A stretch of DNA of 62,377 nucleotides, filler included. It is 5 parts of 5 records of this genome, joined end to end, with 100 filler letters (N's around TTAATTAATTAA, not from the genome) between each part and the next. Parts side by side here need not be neighbours in the genome. Positions count along the whole stretch, not along the records: positions 13,874 to 22,510 come from DRR723986_13593; positions 22,611 to 28,680 come from DRR723986_13597; positions 28,781 to 47,089 come from DRR723986_13599; 2 more parts are not named here. One strand, given 5' to 3'. Made by a program: the position numbers and the translations under genes. The notes beneath the pieces were generated by a model that saw nothing but the letters and a program-made list of their open reading frames with translations, searched no databases and was not told the DNA's origin. Shown here in pieces: positions 19,989 through 30,121 of this stretch. Positions within the stretch are counted from its first letter, which is position 1. Each line of letters begins with the position of its first letter.

Positions 19989-20918
19989 TTAACTTTCTTT
20001 TTCTTCTCCGACGAACTTGGCCAGTTTGGCCAGTCTGTCGTCGCGCCAGTTGCTACGCGTTTTTCTGTCATACCCCTGAAGCGCGTTGATCACGCTGTCA
20101 GATACCGGCCCGGACCAGTCCGTACGGCCAGGGCGATGCGCCCCGATCCGGTCATAGGCTGGTCCGTAACGGTCAATGAAATCCGCAACCCCGCCGGGGG
20201 CGTTGAGATCAATTGTTTCAAATGGCCCCATGAACACCCAGCGCCGCGCCAGCCCATCCCGCATTGCGGCGTCTACATCCTGCGGGCTGGCAAGACCCTG
20301 ATCCACAAGGGCAAAAGCTTCATCCAAAATCGCCCCCTGAAGGCGGTTCATGATGAAGCCTTCCACCTCACGCAGGGTGCGGATCGGTGTTTGCCGGATC
20401 GCTTGCATCAACCGGGTCGTGGTCTCCATTGTCTCAGAAGACGTCAATGGACCGGGTACCAATTCCACAGCCGGGATCAGATGCGGCGGGTTCAAAGGAT
20501 GCGCCACCAAACAGCGGTGCGCGCCCTCCAACCCTTCGGTGAACTGCGATGGCATCAACGCCGAGGTCGAGCTGGCGATCACCGCATCCCGAAGAGTGGC
20601 CCGATCCAGATCAGCAAAGATGCCGCGCTTTATCTCGACGTTTTCAGGTGTGTTTTCCTGCACATAGCAGACGCCGTCCACCGCATCCTCCATGGACGCT
20701 GCGCTGCGAATGCGGGCACAGACCTCTGCCCCGTTTTGCCCCGACAGCAGATCAAGCTCCTCAAGCGATCCGCACGAGCGGGCGATCTGGTCATGGGCGG
20801 CCTCCACCGCCCCGGCTTGGGTGTCGAACAATGCGGCATTGTACCCTGCGCGGGCAAAGGTAATGGCCCAGGATTGGCCAATCAAACCAGCCCCGATAAT
20901 GGCAATATTGCGGTTCAT
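19989..20918 (-). CDS. 3-hydroxyacyl-CoA dehydrogenase-like protein (lambda-crystallin/L-gulonate or carnitine 3-dehydrogenase subgroup)
   Basis: GAGLIGQSW, VQENTPE, ASSTS, VAHPLNPPHLIP, GFIMNRLQ, MGPFETIDLN. Confidence 0.9.
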   Translation of the reverse strand: MNRNIAIIGAGLIGQSWAITFARAGYNAALFDTQAGAVEAAHDQIARSCGSLEELDLLSGQNGAEVCARIRSAASMEDAVDGVCYVQENTPENVEIKRGIFADLDRATLRDAVIASSTSALMPSQFTEGLEGAHRCLVAHPLNPPHLIPAVELVPGPLTSSETMETTTRLMQAIRQTPIRTLREVEGFIMNRLQGAILDEAFALVDQGLASPQDVDAAMRDGLARRWVFMGPFETIDLNAPGGVADFIDRYGPAYDRIGAHRPGRTDWSGPVSDSVINALQGYDRKTRSNWRDDRLAKLAKFVGEEKES

Positions 20919-21961
20919 GCGTGCCGTACCCCGGTTGCAGGATCAAAAAGCAGCATGCCGCCCGGATCAACCGTGATCTCGACCTCGGCCCCCAGTCGCA
21001 GCGGGCTGTCGCCGTCGGTGATTGCGCGGACCTGCGCCCCGTCCCGCCCCGCCGTGACGATCGCAAAAGCGCCCAGCCGTTCAATGTCAGTCACAGGGGC
21101 CGAACAGGGGCCCTTGCCGCCGGGGGTCAGGCGCACCGCCTCAGGGCGCAGCGCCATCAGGCATTCGCCCTTGGCCTTTTCGCCCGCCAACCGGCCCAGT
21201 GCGAATTTCATTCCGTCGCTATCCCCAATGGCAGGCAGCACCGAAATCCGCGGTGCGCCAACCAATTCAGCAACGGCAAGTGTGGCCGGATCACCGTAGA
21301 CATCCTCGGGCCGCCCAACCTGTTCGAACCGCCCTTCATTGAGGATGGCCAGTTGATCGGCCACAGCCATCGCTTCATCGCAGTCATGAGTGACATAGAC
21401 AAAGGTCTTGCCCAGCTCCGATTGCAGGCGTTTGAGTTCCAGTCGCATGTCATCGCGCAACCGCGCGTCCAACGCGGCAATCGGTTCATCCATCAAATAA
21501 GCGCCCGCATCGCGCACCAAAGCACGGCCAATCGCAACCCTTTGCCGTTCACCGCCCGACAGCGCGGCCGGCTTTTTCGACAGGATGTGACCGATGTTCA
21601 AAACCCCAGTCAGGCCATCAATGCGTTTGTCGATCTCCGCCTGATCCGTGTTGCGGCGGCGCAGAGGAAAGGCAATGTTTTCATAGGCGGTCAGCTGGGG
21701 AAACAGTGCCAAATTTTGAAACACCATGCCCAAATTCCGCTCGCTTGGCAGGGCGCGGGTGACATCAACGCCGTCGATCAGGATCTGCCCTGCGTCCACC
21801 GTTTCAAGCCCCAGCAACAGCCGCAGCAGCACCGATTTGCCCGATCCCGGCGGGCCAAAGATTGAGGTGAACGACCCATCCTTCAGGGTCAGGGATACAT
21901 TGTCGAGGGCGGGCACGCCGCCATAGGCTTTTGACACGCCCAATATCTGAATTTCAGCCAT
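20915..21961 (-). CDS. Carbohydrate ABC transporter ATPase (MalK-like)
   Basis: GPPGSGKS, LSGGERQR, YLMDEP, TOBE-like C-terminus. Confidence 0.93.
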   Translation of the reverse strand: MAEIQILGVSKAYGGVPALDNVSLTLKDGSFTSIFGPPGSGKSVLLRLLLGLETVDAGQILIDGVDVTRALPSERNLGMVFQNLALFPQLTAYENIAFPLRRRNTDQAEIDKRIDGLTGVLNIGHILSKKPAALSGGERQRVAIGRALVRDAGAYLMDEPIAALDARLRDDMRLELKRLQSELGKTFVYVTHDCDEAMAVADQLAILNEGRFEQVGRPEDVYGDPATLAVAELVGAPRISVLPAIGDSDGMKFALGRLAGEKAKGECLMALRPEAVRLTPGGKGPCSAPVTDIERLGAFAIVTAGRDGAQVRAITDGDSPLRLGAEVEITVDPGGMLLFDPATGVRHA

Positions 21962-22510
21962 CTAGTCGTCCTCCCCCAGCCGCAATCGCAGCCCTGTGTC
22001 CGGGTCAAAAAGGTGACATTTCCCAAGATCAAACGAGACATTGGCCGCCTCGCCGGGCCGCAAGGAAACGGTGCGGTCAAAGCTGCCGACAAAACGGGTT
22101 TGTCCGGTTGAGAAATGAACAAGCTTGCGGCGGCCAACCAATTCGACCAGGACCACTTGCGCGGCCAAGGTGCCCGCGTCCGGCTGGTCTGAAATGCGCA
22201 GATGCTCTGGCCGGAAGCCAAAGGTCAGCGCCGCGCCGCCATGGGTCCGCGCCTGACTGGACAGGCGGTCATCCAGCGCAACCGCATCTGCCTCCCGTCC
22301 GGCCAGATCCGCGAACATCGCGCCATCGCGTTCTGCAATCCGCGCCCGCACCAAGTTCATCGAAGGTGCCCCGATGAACCCGGCAACAAAGGTGTTTTCA
22401 GGTCGCGAATAGATGTTCTCGGGCGTGTCGAACTGCTGCAACATCGCCTGATCCATCACCGCAATCCGGTCGGCCAGCCCCATCGCCTCGATCTGGTCGT
22501 GGGTGACGTA
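21962..22510 (-). CDS. Second MalK-like ABC ATPase, C-terminal part
   Basis: [19 protein letters not shown]...[12 protein letters not shown]; 5' truncated by the linker. Confidence 0.9.
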   Translation of the reverse strand, partial: YVTHDQIEAMGLADRIAVMDQAMLQQFDTPENIYSRPENTFVAGFIGAPSMNLVRARIAERDGAMFADLAGREADAVALDDRLSSQARTHGGAALTFGFRPEHLRISDQPDAGTLAAQVVLVELVGRRKLVHFSTGQTRFVGSFDRTVSLRPGEAANVSFDLGKCHLFDPDTGLRLRLGEDD

Positions 22511-22610
22511 NNNNNNNNNNNNNNNNNNNNNNNNNNNNNNNNNNNNNNNNNNNNTTAATTAATTAANNNNNNNNNNNNNNNNNNNNNNNNNNNNNNNNNN
22601 NNNNNNNNNN
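22511..22610. other. Artificial contig linker
   Basis: N44-TTAATTAATTAA-N44. Confidence 0.99.
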
Positions 22611-22639
22611 AAAAAGCCTCTGCATGCAGAGGCTTTTTT
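22611..22639. terminator. Bidirectional intrinsic terminator after the MCP gene
   Basis: AAAAAGCCTCTGCATGCAGAGGCTTTTTT, a perfect palindrome with A/T tails. Confidence 0.9.
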
Positions 22640-22656
22640 GCGGGTTGGTGTTCCAC

Positions 22657-24726
22657 TTACATATTCTTGACCTGGAACTTTTTCAGGATGTTGGACAGGT
22701 CTGTTGCCACGCCTTTCAGGCCTGACACGGCATTGGCTGCACGGCGGGCCATGTCCAGATTGCCTTCCGACAATTGAGCCACAACTTCCACTTGTTGCCC
22801 AATACTTTCCGATGCCTGGTTTTGCTCAAGCAGGGCCGCATGAATGTTTTCAACCGAATGGGCCACGGCCGAGGAATCTGCCGTGATCTGGTTCATGGCC
22901 TGACCGGCGCGGTCTACAAGCTCAACACCTTTTTTCACGCTTTCCACTGCCATGTCCATATTATTGACTGCCACGCCAGAGCTGTTTTGAATGGCTTCAA
23001 TCATGCCGTGAATATCATCGGTCGACTTGCGGGTGCGTTCAGCCAGCTTGCGCACTTCATCCGCCACCACCGAGAAGCCTCGTCCCTGTTCCCCCGCGCG
23101 AGCCGCTTCGATGGCAGCATTCAAGGCCAGCAAGTTGGTTTGCTCTGCGATCCCTTTAATGATCAGGGCGATCTCTGAAATTTCTCTGGATTGTTCGCCC
23201 AACTGTTGAATAACGCTGGCGGTACCTTGTACATTTTCAGAAATTTTGTGCATTTGTTGTGTGGCGGAATTGATCGCACCCAAACCGTCGTCTGCCAGTT
23301 GACGCGCCTTATTGCTGACGTCCTTGGCTTCAGTGGCGGATTCACCCACGCTGGAAATCGAGGAAGACATTTCCTCAACCGCAGCGGCCATGCCTGAAGC
23401 AGCATCGCTGCCGGAAGCCGCACCCTTGCTGAGTTCCTCGCTGGTTTGTACCAGATCCTCTGAGGCCTCTTGAACCTGGTCGGTGCTGCGTTTTACAGCG
23501 CCCAAGGCTTGTTCCATGCTTTCGGCCATGCGGTTCATGCTGCGGGCCAGAAGGCTAATTTCGTTTTTGGTCGACACGTTGCCGTTGGTCACTTCATCAT
23601 CCGCACGTGCAGTCATGTCGCCGTTACCCAGTTTCAATGCCAAGGCTGTGAGAACCTTGGTTGAGCTGGTCAGGCGGCTGGTGACCCAGAACAAGGCAAA
23701 CGCGATCACGGCGGAAGCAATCAGACCCATGATCACCATCATGCCCGACATGGCGTAAATCGTGCTGAACATCTCCGAAGTAAGCGCCGGTGCAACAATG
23801 GCCGCACCGCCCCACTGAGGTACCTTGGTGAATGCAACAAACTCGGTGCGGTTTTCACCCGATATCGGATTGGTCCAGCTAATTTGGGTAATGCCGCTGT
23901 CTTCTTTGGTCATTTTGTCGAGCAGGCCCTGAAGGTCAGATTCTTTGGCGGCCAGCTCTTTGAACTCATCACCTTTGAATTGCGAGTGAATCATCACTTT
24001 GCCTGCATTGGCACCTGCGGTGTACAACACATAGGGAATGCCTGTTTCACCAATGCGTGTGCTCAACACCGCATTTTGAACGTCAGCAAACAGGTTGGTC
24101 ATGTCAAACCCAATGTAAAGCACCAGATCATGTTGGCCGTCAGTGCTTTTTATTGGCAAGTACTTCGACATATAACGCTTACCAAACAGCAGTGCCTCAC
24201 CTACGTAGGTTTCGCCTTTAATTATCTTGGCATAGCTTGGGTGGCTGCGATCGAGCTTGGTACCCACCGCACGTTCACCATTTTCTTTTTTCAGGCTGGT
24301 TGAAATTCGCAAATAATCATCACCTGTGCGAACAAACACGGTCGCGATACCACCGGTCATTTTTGTGAAATTGTCCACAACACCATAGTTGCCAGTAATG
24401 AAGGTCGAATCCAGCGTCACCATAGGCCCATCGATTTCCGGGGTAATCGAAATCATTTGCTCTGGGTCAACCAGTAACTCTCCGTTGAATTCAACTTCAA
24501 ACAACTCTGCAAGTTGGGTCACAGAACTTTCTGAGAGCTTGTAGGCGATATCCATGGTTTGTCGCAAACCTTCGGCCTGGGTTGATACAGCGCGTTCGGT
24601 TCGGGCTGTTGCTGCATTGAAAGTGTAAGCAGCCGTAATGCCGACCAAGCTCAATACAATCAAGGCCACCAAGGCAGCACTGGTAAAACTGATTTGTTTG
24701 GAAAGGGGCAGAGTCTTTAGGTTCAT
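22657..24726 (-). CDS. Methyl-accepting chemotaxis protein with Cache_3-Cache_2-type sensor
   Basis: [63 protein letters not shown]. Confidence 0.95.
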   Translation of the reverse strand: MNLKTLPLSKQISFTSAALVALIVLSLVGITAAYTFNAATARTERAVSTQAEGLRQTMDIAYKLSESSVTQLAELFEVEFNGELLVDPEQMISITPEIDGPMVTLDSTFITGNYGVVDNFTKMTGGIATVFVRTGDDYLRISTSLKKENGERAVGTKLDRSHPSYAKIIKGETYVGEALLFGKRYMSKYLPIKSTDGQHDLVLYIGFDMTNLFADVQNAVLSTRIGETGIPYVLYTAGANAGKVMIHSQFKGDEFKELAAKESDLQGLLDKMTKEDSGITQISWTNPISGENRTEFVAFTKVPQWGGAAIVAPALTSEMFSTIYAMSGMMVIMGLIASAVIAFALFWVTSRLTSSTKVLTALALKLGNGDMTARADDEVTNGNVSTKNEISLLARSMNRMAESMEQALGAVKRSTDQVQEASEDLVQTSEELSKGAASGSDAASGMAAAVEEMSSSISSVGESATEAKDVSNKARQLADDGLGAINSATQQMHKISENVQGTASVIQQLGEQSREISEIALIIKGIAEQTNLLALNAAIEAARAGEQGRGFSVVADEVRKLAERTRKSTDDIHGMIEAIQNSSGVAVNNMDMAVESVKKGVELVDRAGQAMNQITADSSAVAHSVENIHAALLEQNQASESIGQQVEVVAQLSEGNLDMARRAANAVSGLKGVATDLSNILKKFQVKNM

Positions 24727-24859
24727 GGTGTGAAGCGATTGGGAAGGTTATGAACAGCTTCGATCATCGCATCGCCTACCCCTTGCTAATTGCCTAATTA
24801 GAGGGGTAAATAGCCTGTTTTACCAAGGTGTTCCTCCTTTTGCAGGGGGAGAGGTGGTG

Positions 24860-25672
24860 TTATTTCGATAGGGTTGCCACGGCAGGGGCATGGTCAGAAG
24901 GTTTTTCCCATTTACGGGGCGCACGGTCTATAAAGCTGGCTGTGCAACGTTCGGCCAAAGGCTTTGAAAGTAACACATGGTCAATTCGCAGCCCCTTGTT
25001 TTTTTGAAAACCCAGCATGCGGTAATCCCACCAGGAAAAGGTTTTCTCGGCTTGCTCGAACAGCCTGAAACTATCAACCAGACCTAAGCCCAGCAGTGTA
25101 TTGAAGCGAGTGCGCTCATCCTCCGAGCACAGCACTTGGCCAGCCCAAGCCTTGGGATCATGCACATCACGATCATCGGGCGCGATGTTGTAATCACCTA
25201 CCAGCGCTAGTTTGGGATATCGGGCCAACCAAGCCTCGCAGTCTTTCAGTAAGGCATCAAGCCAGGCTTTCTTGTACTCAAACTTGTCCGAGCCCACCTC
25301 CGAGCCGTTCACCACATAAGCGCTAATGAAACGCAGATCTCCGAACGAAGCGGCAATTACGCGCTTTTGCTCATCAGGGAAGCTTGGCAGGTTAACCTGA
25401 ACATCAACCGGTTCCGGCATGGTGGCTTTTTTGTACAGAATGGCCACACCGTTGTAGGTTTTCTGTCCGGCAAATACAGCGCCGTAACCCGCAGCCTCCA
25501 GTTCAGCCACGGGAAAATTGTCGTCGGTCAGTTTCAGTTCTTGCAGACCTAGAAGGTCGACCGGATTGCTCTCAAGCCATTGAAGCAAATGTGGCAGGCG
25601 CACCTTGAGCGAGTTCACGTTCCAGGTGGCCAATCGAATACTGGCAGCCTTGTCAAACAATTGATCAACCAT
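24860..25672 (-). CDS. xth: Exodeoxyribonuclease III
   Basis: ATWNVNSL, LQELK, GDYNIAP, FSWWDYR, GLRIDH, SDHAP; ATG overlaps the prlC stop (TGATG). Confidence 0.95.
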   Translation of the reverse strand: MVDQLFDKAASIRLATWNVNSLKVRLPHLLQWLESNPVDLLGLQELKLTDDNFPVAELEAAGYGAVFAGQKTYNGVAILYKKATMPEPVDVQVNLPSFPDEQKRVIAASFGDLRFISAYVVNGSEVGSDKFEYKKAWLDALLKDCEAWLARYPKLALVGDYNIAPDDRDVHDPKAWAGQVLCSEDERTRFNTLLGLGLVDSFRLFEQAEKTFSWWDYRMLGFQKNKGLRIDHVLLSKPLAERCTASFIDRAPRKWEKPSDHAPAVATLSK

Positions 25673-27735
25673 CAAGCGGCCTGCCTTTGATCGACCATGC
25701 CTGTGTGGCGAAGCAGGGCGTCGATGCTTGGCTCTCGGCCTCGGAAAGCCTTGAACGATTCAGCAGCAGGGCGGCTACCGCCCACCGACAAAATTTCTTC
25801 CAGAAATTTTTTGCCGGTTTCAGGGCTGACCACACCGTTTTCTTCGAACATGGCAAACGCATCCGCAGACAATACTTCCGCCCACTTGTAGCTGTAGTAA
25901 CCAGCTGCGTAACCACCAGCAAAGATATGGCTGAACGAATTCGGGAAGCGGTTGTAGGCTGGCGGAACCAGCACAGCCACTTCTTTGCGCACCTGGCCTA
26001 AAAGGTCAAGAATGTTTGCTTCACCATGTGGGTCAAATTCAGTGTGAACAAGCATGTCAAACAGCGAGAACTCGATTTGACGTAGTGTTTGCAGACCGCT
26101 CTGGAAATTCTTTGCGGCTACCATTTTGTCAAACAGGGCCTTGGGCATGGGTTCGCCTGTGGTTTCATGTGCGGTGAGCGATTCAACCACACTCCATTCC
26201 CAGGCAAAGTTTTCCATGAATTGAGAGGGCAATTCCACCGCATCCCATTCCACGCCGTTGATGCCGGCTACGTCCAGTTCATCCACGCGGGTCAGCATGT
26301 GGTGAATGCCGTGTCCGAATTCATGGAACAGGGTTTGCACATCATCATGTGACAATTGCGCTGCTTTTCCGGCCGCCGGTTTGGTGTAGTTACAGGTGAG
26401 ATAGGCCACGGGTGTTTGCACACCTTGCTCGGTGCGCTTGCGGCCTCGGGCATCGTCCATCCAAGCGCCAGAGCGTTTGCTGGCCCTTGCGTAGGGGTCC
26501 AGATAGAAATGCGCAATGGCTTTGCCTTCCTTCTGCACTTCGAAGAAGCGCACATCAGGATGCCAGGTGTCGGCATGGGCTTTGACGATTTGGACACTGA
26601 ACAATTTTTCTGTCAGCTTGAACAGGCCGTCCAACACACGGTCCTCCTGAAAGTATTGGCGCACCTCCAGATCACTGAAAGCGTATTTCTTTTCTTTCAG
26701 TTTTTCAGAGGCATAGCTCATGTCCCAGCTTTGAAGATCGTCCAGCCCAAGTTCTGTTTTGGCGAACTCCTTGATCTCTTCCAGGTCGCGTACCGCGAAT
26801 GGTTTCGCTTTGGTGGCCAGTTCACGCAGGAAGTTGACCACTTCATCGGGCGTGTTTGCCATTTTTGGGACCAGGCTCAGTTCACCGAAATTACGGTAAC
26901 CCAACATTTGGGCTTCCTCAAGGCGAAGTTGTAGCAGTTCGCGAATCAGGGCAGTGTTGTCAAGTTCGGTTGGGCCAAATTCGGATGCGCGTTTGGCATA
27001 GGCCTCATAAAGCGTCTCACGCAACTCGCGTTTCTCGGCGTATTGCAGCACAGGAAAGTAAGATGGAAATTGAAGGGTAAATTTATAGCCTGTTTTGCCT
27101 TCCGATTTTGCAAGTTCCTCGGCCGCGTGCACTGCATATTCAGGAATGCCTGCCAAATCAGCTTTGTCGGTCACGATCAACTCAAAGGCATTGGTGGCGT
27201 CCAGCACATTCTCGGAAAACTTTGCCGTTATGGCGGCCTGACGATCCTGAATTTCCGCGTAACGTGGTTTTTGGTCAGCGGGCAGCTCAGCCCCGCCCAG
27301 TTTGAAACCACGAATGGAATTGGCCAGCACCTTCAGGCGTGCCGGCGTGAATTGTTGGGCCGCATCACTCTGTTCAATGGCTTTGTAAATGGCGTACAGG
27401 CGCTCATCTTGCCCAACCATGGTCCAGAACTCGGTGGTTTTAGGCAGGCAGGCATTGTAGGCTGCGCGAAGTTCTTCCGTGTCAGCCACCGAATGCAAGT
27501 GCCCCACCACACCCCAAGCGCGGCTCAGTTGTTCGCAGGCGATGTCGAGTGGCAGCAAAGTTTCGTCCCAAGTGGCTTTCTCTGGCGAGGTGTTGGCTGT
27601 AATCTCCAGCTGCTTTTTCGCAGCGGCGAGCAAGGTGTCAATGGCGGGTTCCACGTGCTCAGTCTTGATGTCCGAAAAACGGGGCAGTCCGGAAAAGTCG
27701 AGTAAGGGATTGTTCGTGTCCATTTTCATGCTCAT
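25672..27735 (-). CDS. prlC: Oligopeptidase A (M3 metallopeptidase)
   Basis: NPLL start, FHEFGHGIHH, WDAVELPSQ, HIFAGGYAAGYYSYKWAE. Confidence 0.95.
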   Translation of the reverse strand: MSMKMDTNNPLLDFSGLPRFSDIKTEHVEPAIDTLLAAAKKQLEITANTSPEKATWDETLLPLDIACEQLSRAWGVVGHLHSVADTEELRAAYNACLPKTTEFWTMVGQDERLYAIYKAIEQSDAAQQFTPARLKVLANSIRGFKLGGAELPADQKPRYAEIQDRQAAITAKFSENVLDATNAFELIVTDKADLAGIPEYAVHAAEELAKSEGKTGYKFTLQFPSYFPVLQYAEKRELRETLYEAYAKRASEFGPTELDNTALIRELLQLRLEEAQMLGYRNFGELSLVPKMANTPDEVVNFLRELATKAKPFAVRDLEEIKEFAKTELGLDDLQSWDMSYASEKLKEKKYAFSDLEVRQYFQEDRVLDGLFKLTEKLFSVQIVKAHADTWHPDVRFFEVQKEGKAIAHFYLDPYARASKRSGAWMDDARGRKRTEQGVQTPVAYLTCNYTKPAAGKAAQLSHDDVQTLFHEFGHGIHHMLTRVDELDVAGINGVEWDAVELPSQFMENFAWEWSVVESLTAHETTGEPMPKALFDKMVAAKNFQSGLQTLRQIEFSLFDMLVHTEFDPHGEANILDLLGQVRKEVAVLVPPAYNRFPNSFSHIFAGGYAAGYYSYKWAEVLSADAFAMFEENGVVSPETGKKFLEEILSVGGSRPAAESFKAFRGREPSIDALLRHTGMVDQRQAA

Positions 27736-27773
27736 GGTCTTGGGGTCCTACAAAAAATACTTGAACGTCGCTG

Positions 27774-28622
27774 TTAAATGCTGCGTTCTACCGCTTCAAT
27801 TGTGTTTTGCAACAGCATGGTGATGGTCATGGGGCCAACACCCCCGGGCACTGGCGTAATCCAGCCAGCCACTTCCTTGGCCGAATCAAAATCAACATCG
27901 CCGCACAGTTTGCCATCCGGCAAACGGTTGATGCCGACATCGATCACGACAGCACCCGGTTTGATCATGTCGCCGGTAATCATATTGGGGCGACCCACCG
28001 CAACGACAAGGACGTCCGCGCGTTGGCAATGGGATTTCAGGTCCTTGGTTTTGCTGTTGCACAAGGTTACAGTGGCGCCTTGCTGAAGCAACAACATCGC
28101 CTGTGGTTTACCCACGATATTGCTGGCACCGATTACAACCGCCTCCGCACCTCGCAATTCGATTCCTGTCAGCTCAAGCATCTTCATGACACCATAGGGT
28201 GTACAGGGGCGAAACAGTGGTTTGCCAGTCATCAACAAACCAGCATTGCTGACGTGAAAACCATCGACATCTTTCTCTGCACTGATGGATTCAATGACCA
28301 GATGGGAGTCCAGGTGTTTTGGCAAGGGCAATTGCACCAAAATACCGTGAATGGTGGGGTCATCATTCAGTTGTTCGACCAGACCGACCAGCGCGTCCTG
28401 GCTGGTGTTTTCCGGCATGCGGTGCATCACCGATTTGAAGCCGGCTTTTTCACAGGCTGATACCTTGTTGCGCACGTAAACCTGCGATGCCGGGTCTTCG
28501 CCCACGAGCACTACCGCCAAACCGGGCTGGTGGCCAAGGGCTGTCAATTCAGCAGCGCGCTGGGCAATGGTTTCTCGAATGGAGGCGGCCAATTCGGTTC
28601 CGCTGATGATTTGTGCAGACAT
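27774..28622 (-). CDS. folD: Methylenetetrahydrofolate dehydrogenase/cyclohydrolase
   Basis: [37 protein letters not shown]. Confidence 0.97.
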   Translation of the reverse strand: MSAQIISGTELAASIRETIAQRAAELTALGHQPGLAVVLVGEDPASQVYVRNKVSACEKAGFKSVMHRMPENTSQDALVGLVEQLNDDPTIHGILVQLPLPKHLDSHLVIESISAEKDVDGFHVSNAGLLMTGKPLFRPCTPYGVMKMLELTGIELRGAEAVVIGASNIVGKPQAMLLLQQGATVTLCNSKTKDLKSHCQRADVLVVAVGRPNMITGDMIKPGAVVIDVGINRLPDGKLCGDVDFDSAKEVAGWITPVPGGVGPMTITMLLQNTIEAVERSI

Positions 28623-28680
28623 GATTAAATGAGTTCGAAAATTTGAAATGGTTCAATTGAACGAGGCCCAGCAAAGGTAT

Positions 28681-28780
28681 NNNNNNNNNNNNNNNNNNNN
28701 NNNNNNNNNNNNNNNNNNNNNNNNTTAATTAATTAANNNNNNNNNNNNNNNNNNNNNNNNNNNNNNNNNNNNNNNNNNNN
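28681..28780. other. Artificial contig linker
   Basis: N44-TTAATTAATTAA-N44. Confidence 0.99.
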
Positions 28781-28791
28781 TTGGGGTTCCA

Positions 28792-28855
28792 CGCAGGAAT
28801 TGCCAACGCATCTTGCGGCTGGATCTAAAAATGCCTAATTTTAGGCGCACGTTAT
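28792..28855 (+). repeat. GC-rich hairpin plus conserved promoter-like tail (copy 1)
   Basis: Hairpin CGCAGGA..TGC-CAAC-GCA-TCTTGCG, then TAAAAATGCCTAATTTTAGGCGCACGTTAT (28826-28855). Confidence 0.55.
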
Positions 28856-29318
28856 GAGAACCTATCTGCTAAAATTTTCAGATCACCGAAAAATCACAAA
28901 GCTTTCAATAATTGCCGGGATGTGTGCTTTAAGTTTCTTCATAATTGCCCTACTTTCAATTGATGATTTAAAATCTCCCGAAACACTTCCGAAAATTCTG
29001 TTATTACTATTAGGATTAGTTATTGGGCTTCCAATTTTGATCATTGTAATCTTTAAAACAGCAAGTAAAAGAATGGAAGTAAAAATTAATTCTGACGGAA
29101 TAGACACAATTAAACTAGGTTTTATTCGGTTTGAAGAAATAAAAGAAACGCAACTTCCAATAAATCATAAAGGATACAACTCACTGTTAATACTTAAACT
29201 TGAAAACGGACGGAAAATCTCATTTTCACCTGCATCAGATATACGAAGTTCTGAAGACCCAATCTACAACTCATTCGTCACGGAGTTGAGAAGTAAACTG
29301 AAAACAATAAATGGATAA
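28854..29318 (+). CDS. Hypothetical 2-TM protein with soluble C-terminal domain
   Basis: 154-aa ORF, two hydrophobic helices; paralog of the next gene. Confidence 0.8.
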   Translation: MRTYLLKFSDHRKITKLSIIAGMCALSFFIIALLSIDDLKSPETLPKILLLLLGLVIGLPILIIVIFKTASKRMEVKINSDGIDTIKLGFIRFEEIKETQLPINHKGYNSLLILKLENGRKISFSPASDIRSSEDPIYNSFVTELRSKLKTING

Positions 29319-29772
29319 TAAATTCGAATTATCAGTTTCTCCAGACTACAGAAAAGTGATCAGAAGCGTCATAATATTAATGCTGACTTGTGTAATTTTA
29401 CCTCCGGCTTTGTTTGGTATTTCATTAGAATATAAATGGCTAAACCCAGCGAATATTAGATTTGACTTAGTACTTCCAATTTATATTGGAGCAGTAGCTT
29501 TAATTACCCTTCTTGTAATAAGCAAAACTTCTTTCAAAGACACCATTACTCTAACTGAAAAATCTCTTATTATTCCAAAACTGAGAGCAATTGACTATTC
29601 TGAAATATCAATTAACAAACAATTTACCGCAAAGGGTTATTCTTCATACATAGTTACCCTAAAGGATGGAAAAAAATTGGCTTTTGCTCCTAGAAGTAAC
29701 TTCTCTAATTCAGCAGAAAAAGCCTTTAGAGACTTTGTTCTGGCTCTTGAAAAAAAGTTAGATAAAAGTTGA
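29311..29772 (+). CDS. Hypothetical 2-TM protein, tandem paralog of 28854-29318
   Basis: Shared motifs KGYxS..L.LxxGxKxxFxP and FVxxLxxKL. Confidence 0.8.
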   Translation: MDNKFELSVSPDYRKVIRSVIILMLTCVILPPALFGISLEYKWLNPANIRFDLVLPIYIGAVALITLLVISKTSFKDTITLTEKSLIIPKLRAIDYSEISINKQFTAKGYSSYIVTLKDGKKLAFAPRSNFSNSAEKAFRDFVLALEKKLDKS

Positions 29773-29811
29773 AGGGTCTCTTTTGATTGAATCGTGGGCT
29801 GGCTTATGTAA

Positions 29812-30063
29812 TTATTCCGCACCTATCACCTCAAAACTGTTAGCTTCAGTCCATCCTGAAGTATCGTAAGTTACCGTGTCAAGATTTTTATTCAGTTCAT
29901 AATTTTCTTTGAAACCGTCTTCAACTTCCTTAGTCAAAGAATCAATTTTTTCTAAATTATTATCAATTGTATTGAAATTATCTTCTATTTCTTCATTATA
30001 GATACAGCCTGAAAGCATTGACAATATTAAAGGATATAAAAAGACGAGAACTACATTTTTCAT
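29812..30063 (-). CDS. Small acidic lipoprotein
   Basis: MKNVVLVFLYPLILSMLSG-C lipobox. Confidence 0.65.
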   Translation of the reverse strand: MKNVVLVFLYPLILSMLSGCIYNEEIEDNFNTIDNNLEKIDSLTKEVEDGFKENYELNKNLDTVTYDTSGWTEANSFEVIGAE

Positions 30064-30121
30064 CTTGTAAATTTAATGATGTTTGTAGAATATCATTTTT
30101 TAACTAATCACCTACTCAACA

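Noticed and set aside
19046-20918. Carnitine catabolism (CdhA/CdhC-like pair)
   Set aside because: The same two families occur there, but the neighbours here are MalK-type ATPases, lactonase, SDR and glycerate kinase rather than betaine transporters and a thioesterase. Disfavoured, not excluded.
24727-24800. Sigma-28 promoter for the MCP
   Set aside because: No TAAA-N15-GCCGATAA match with correct spacing was found.
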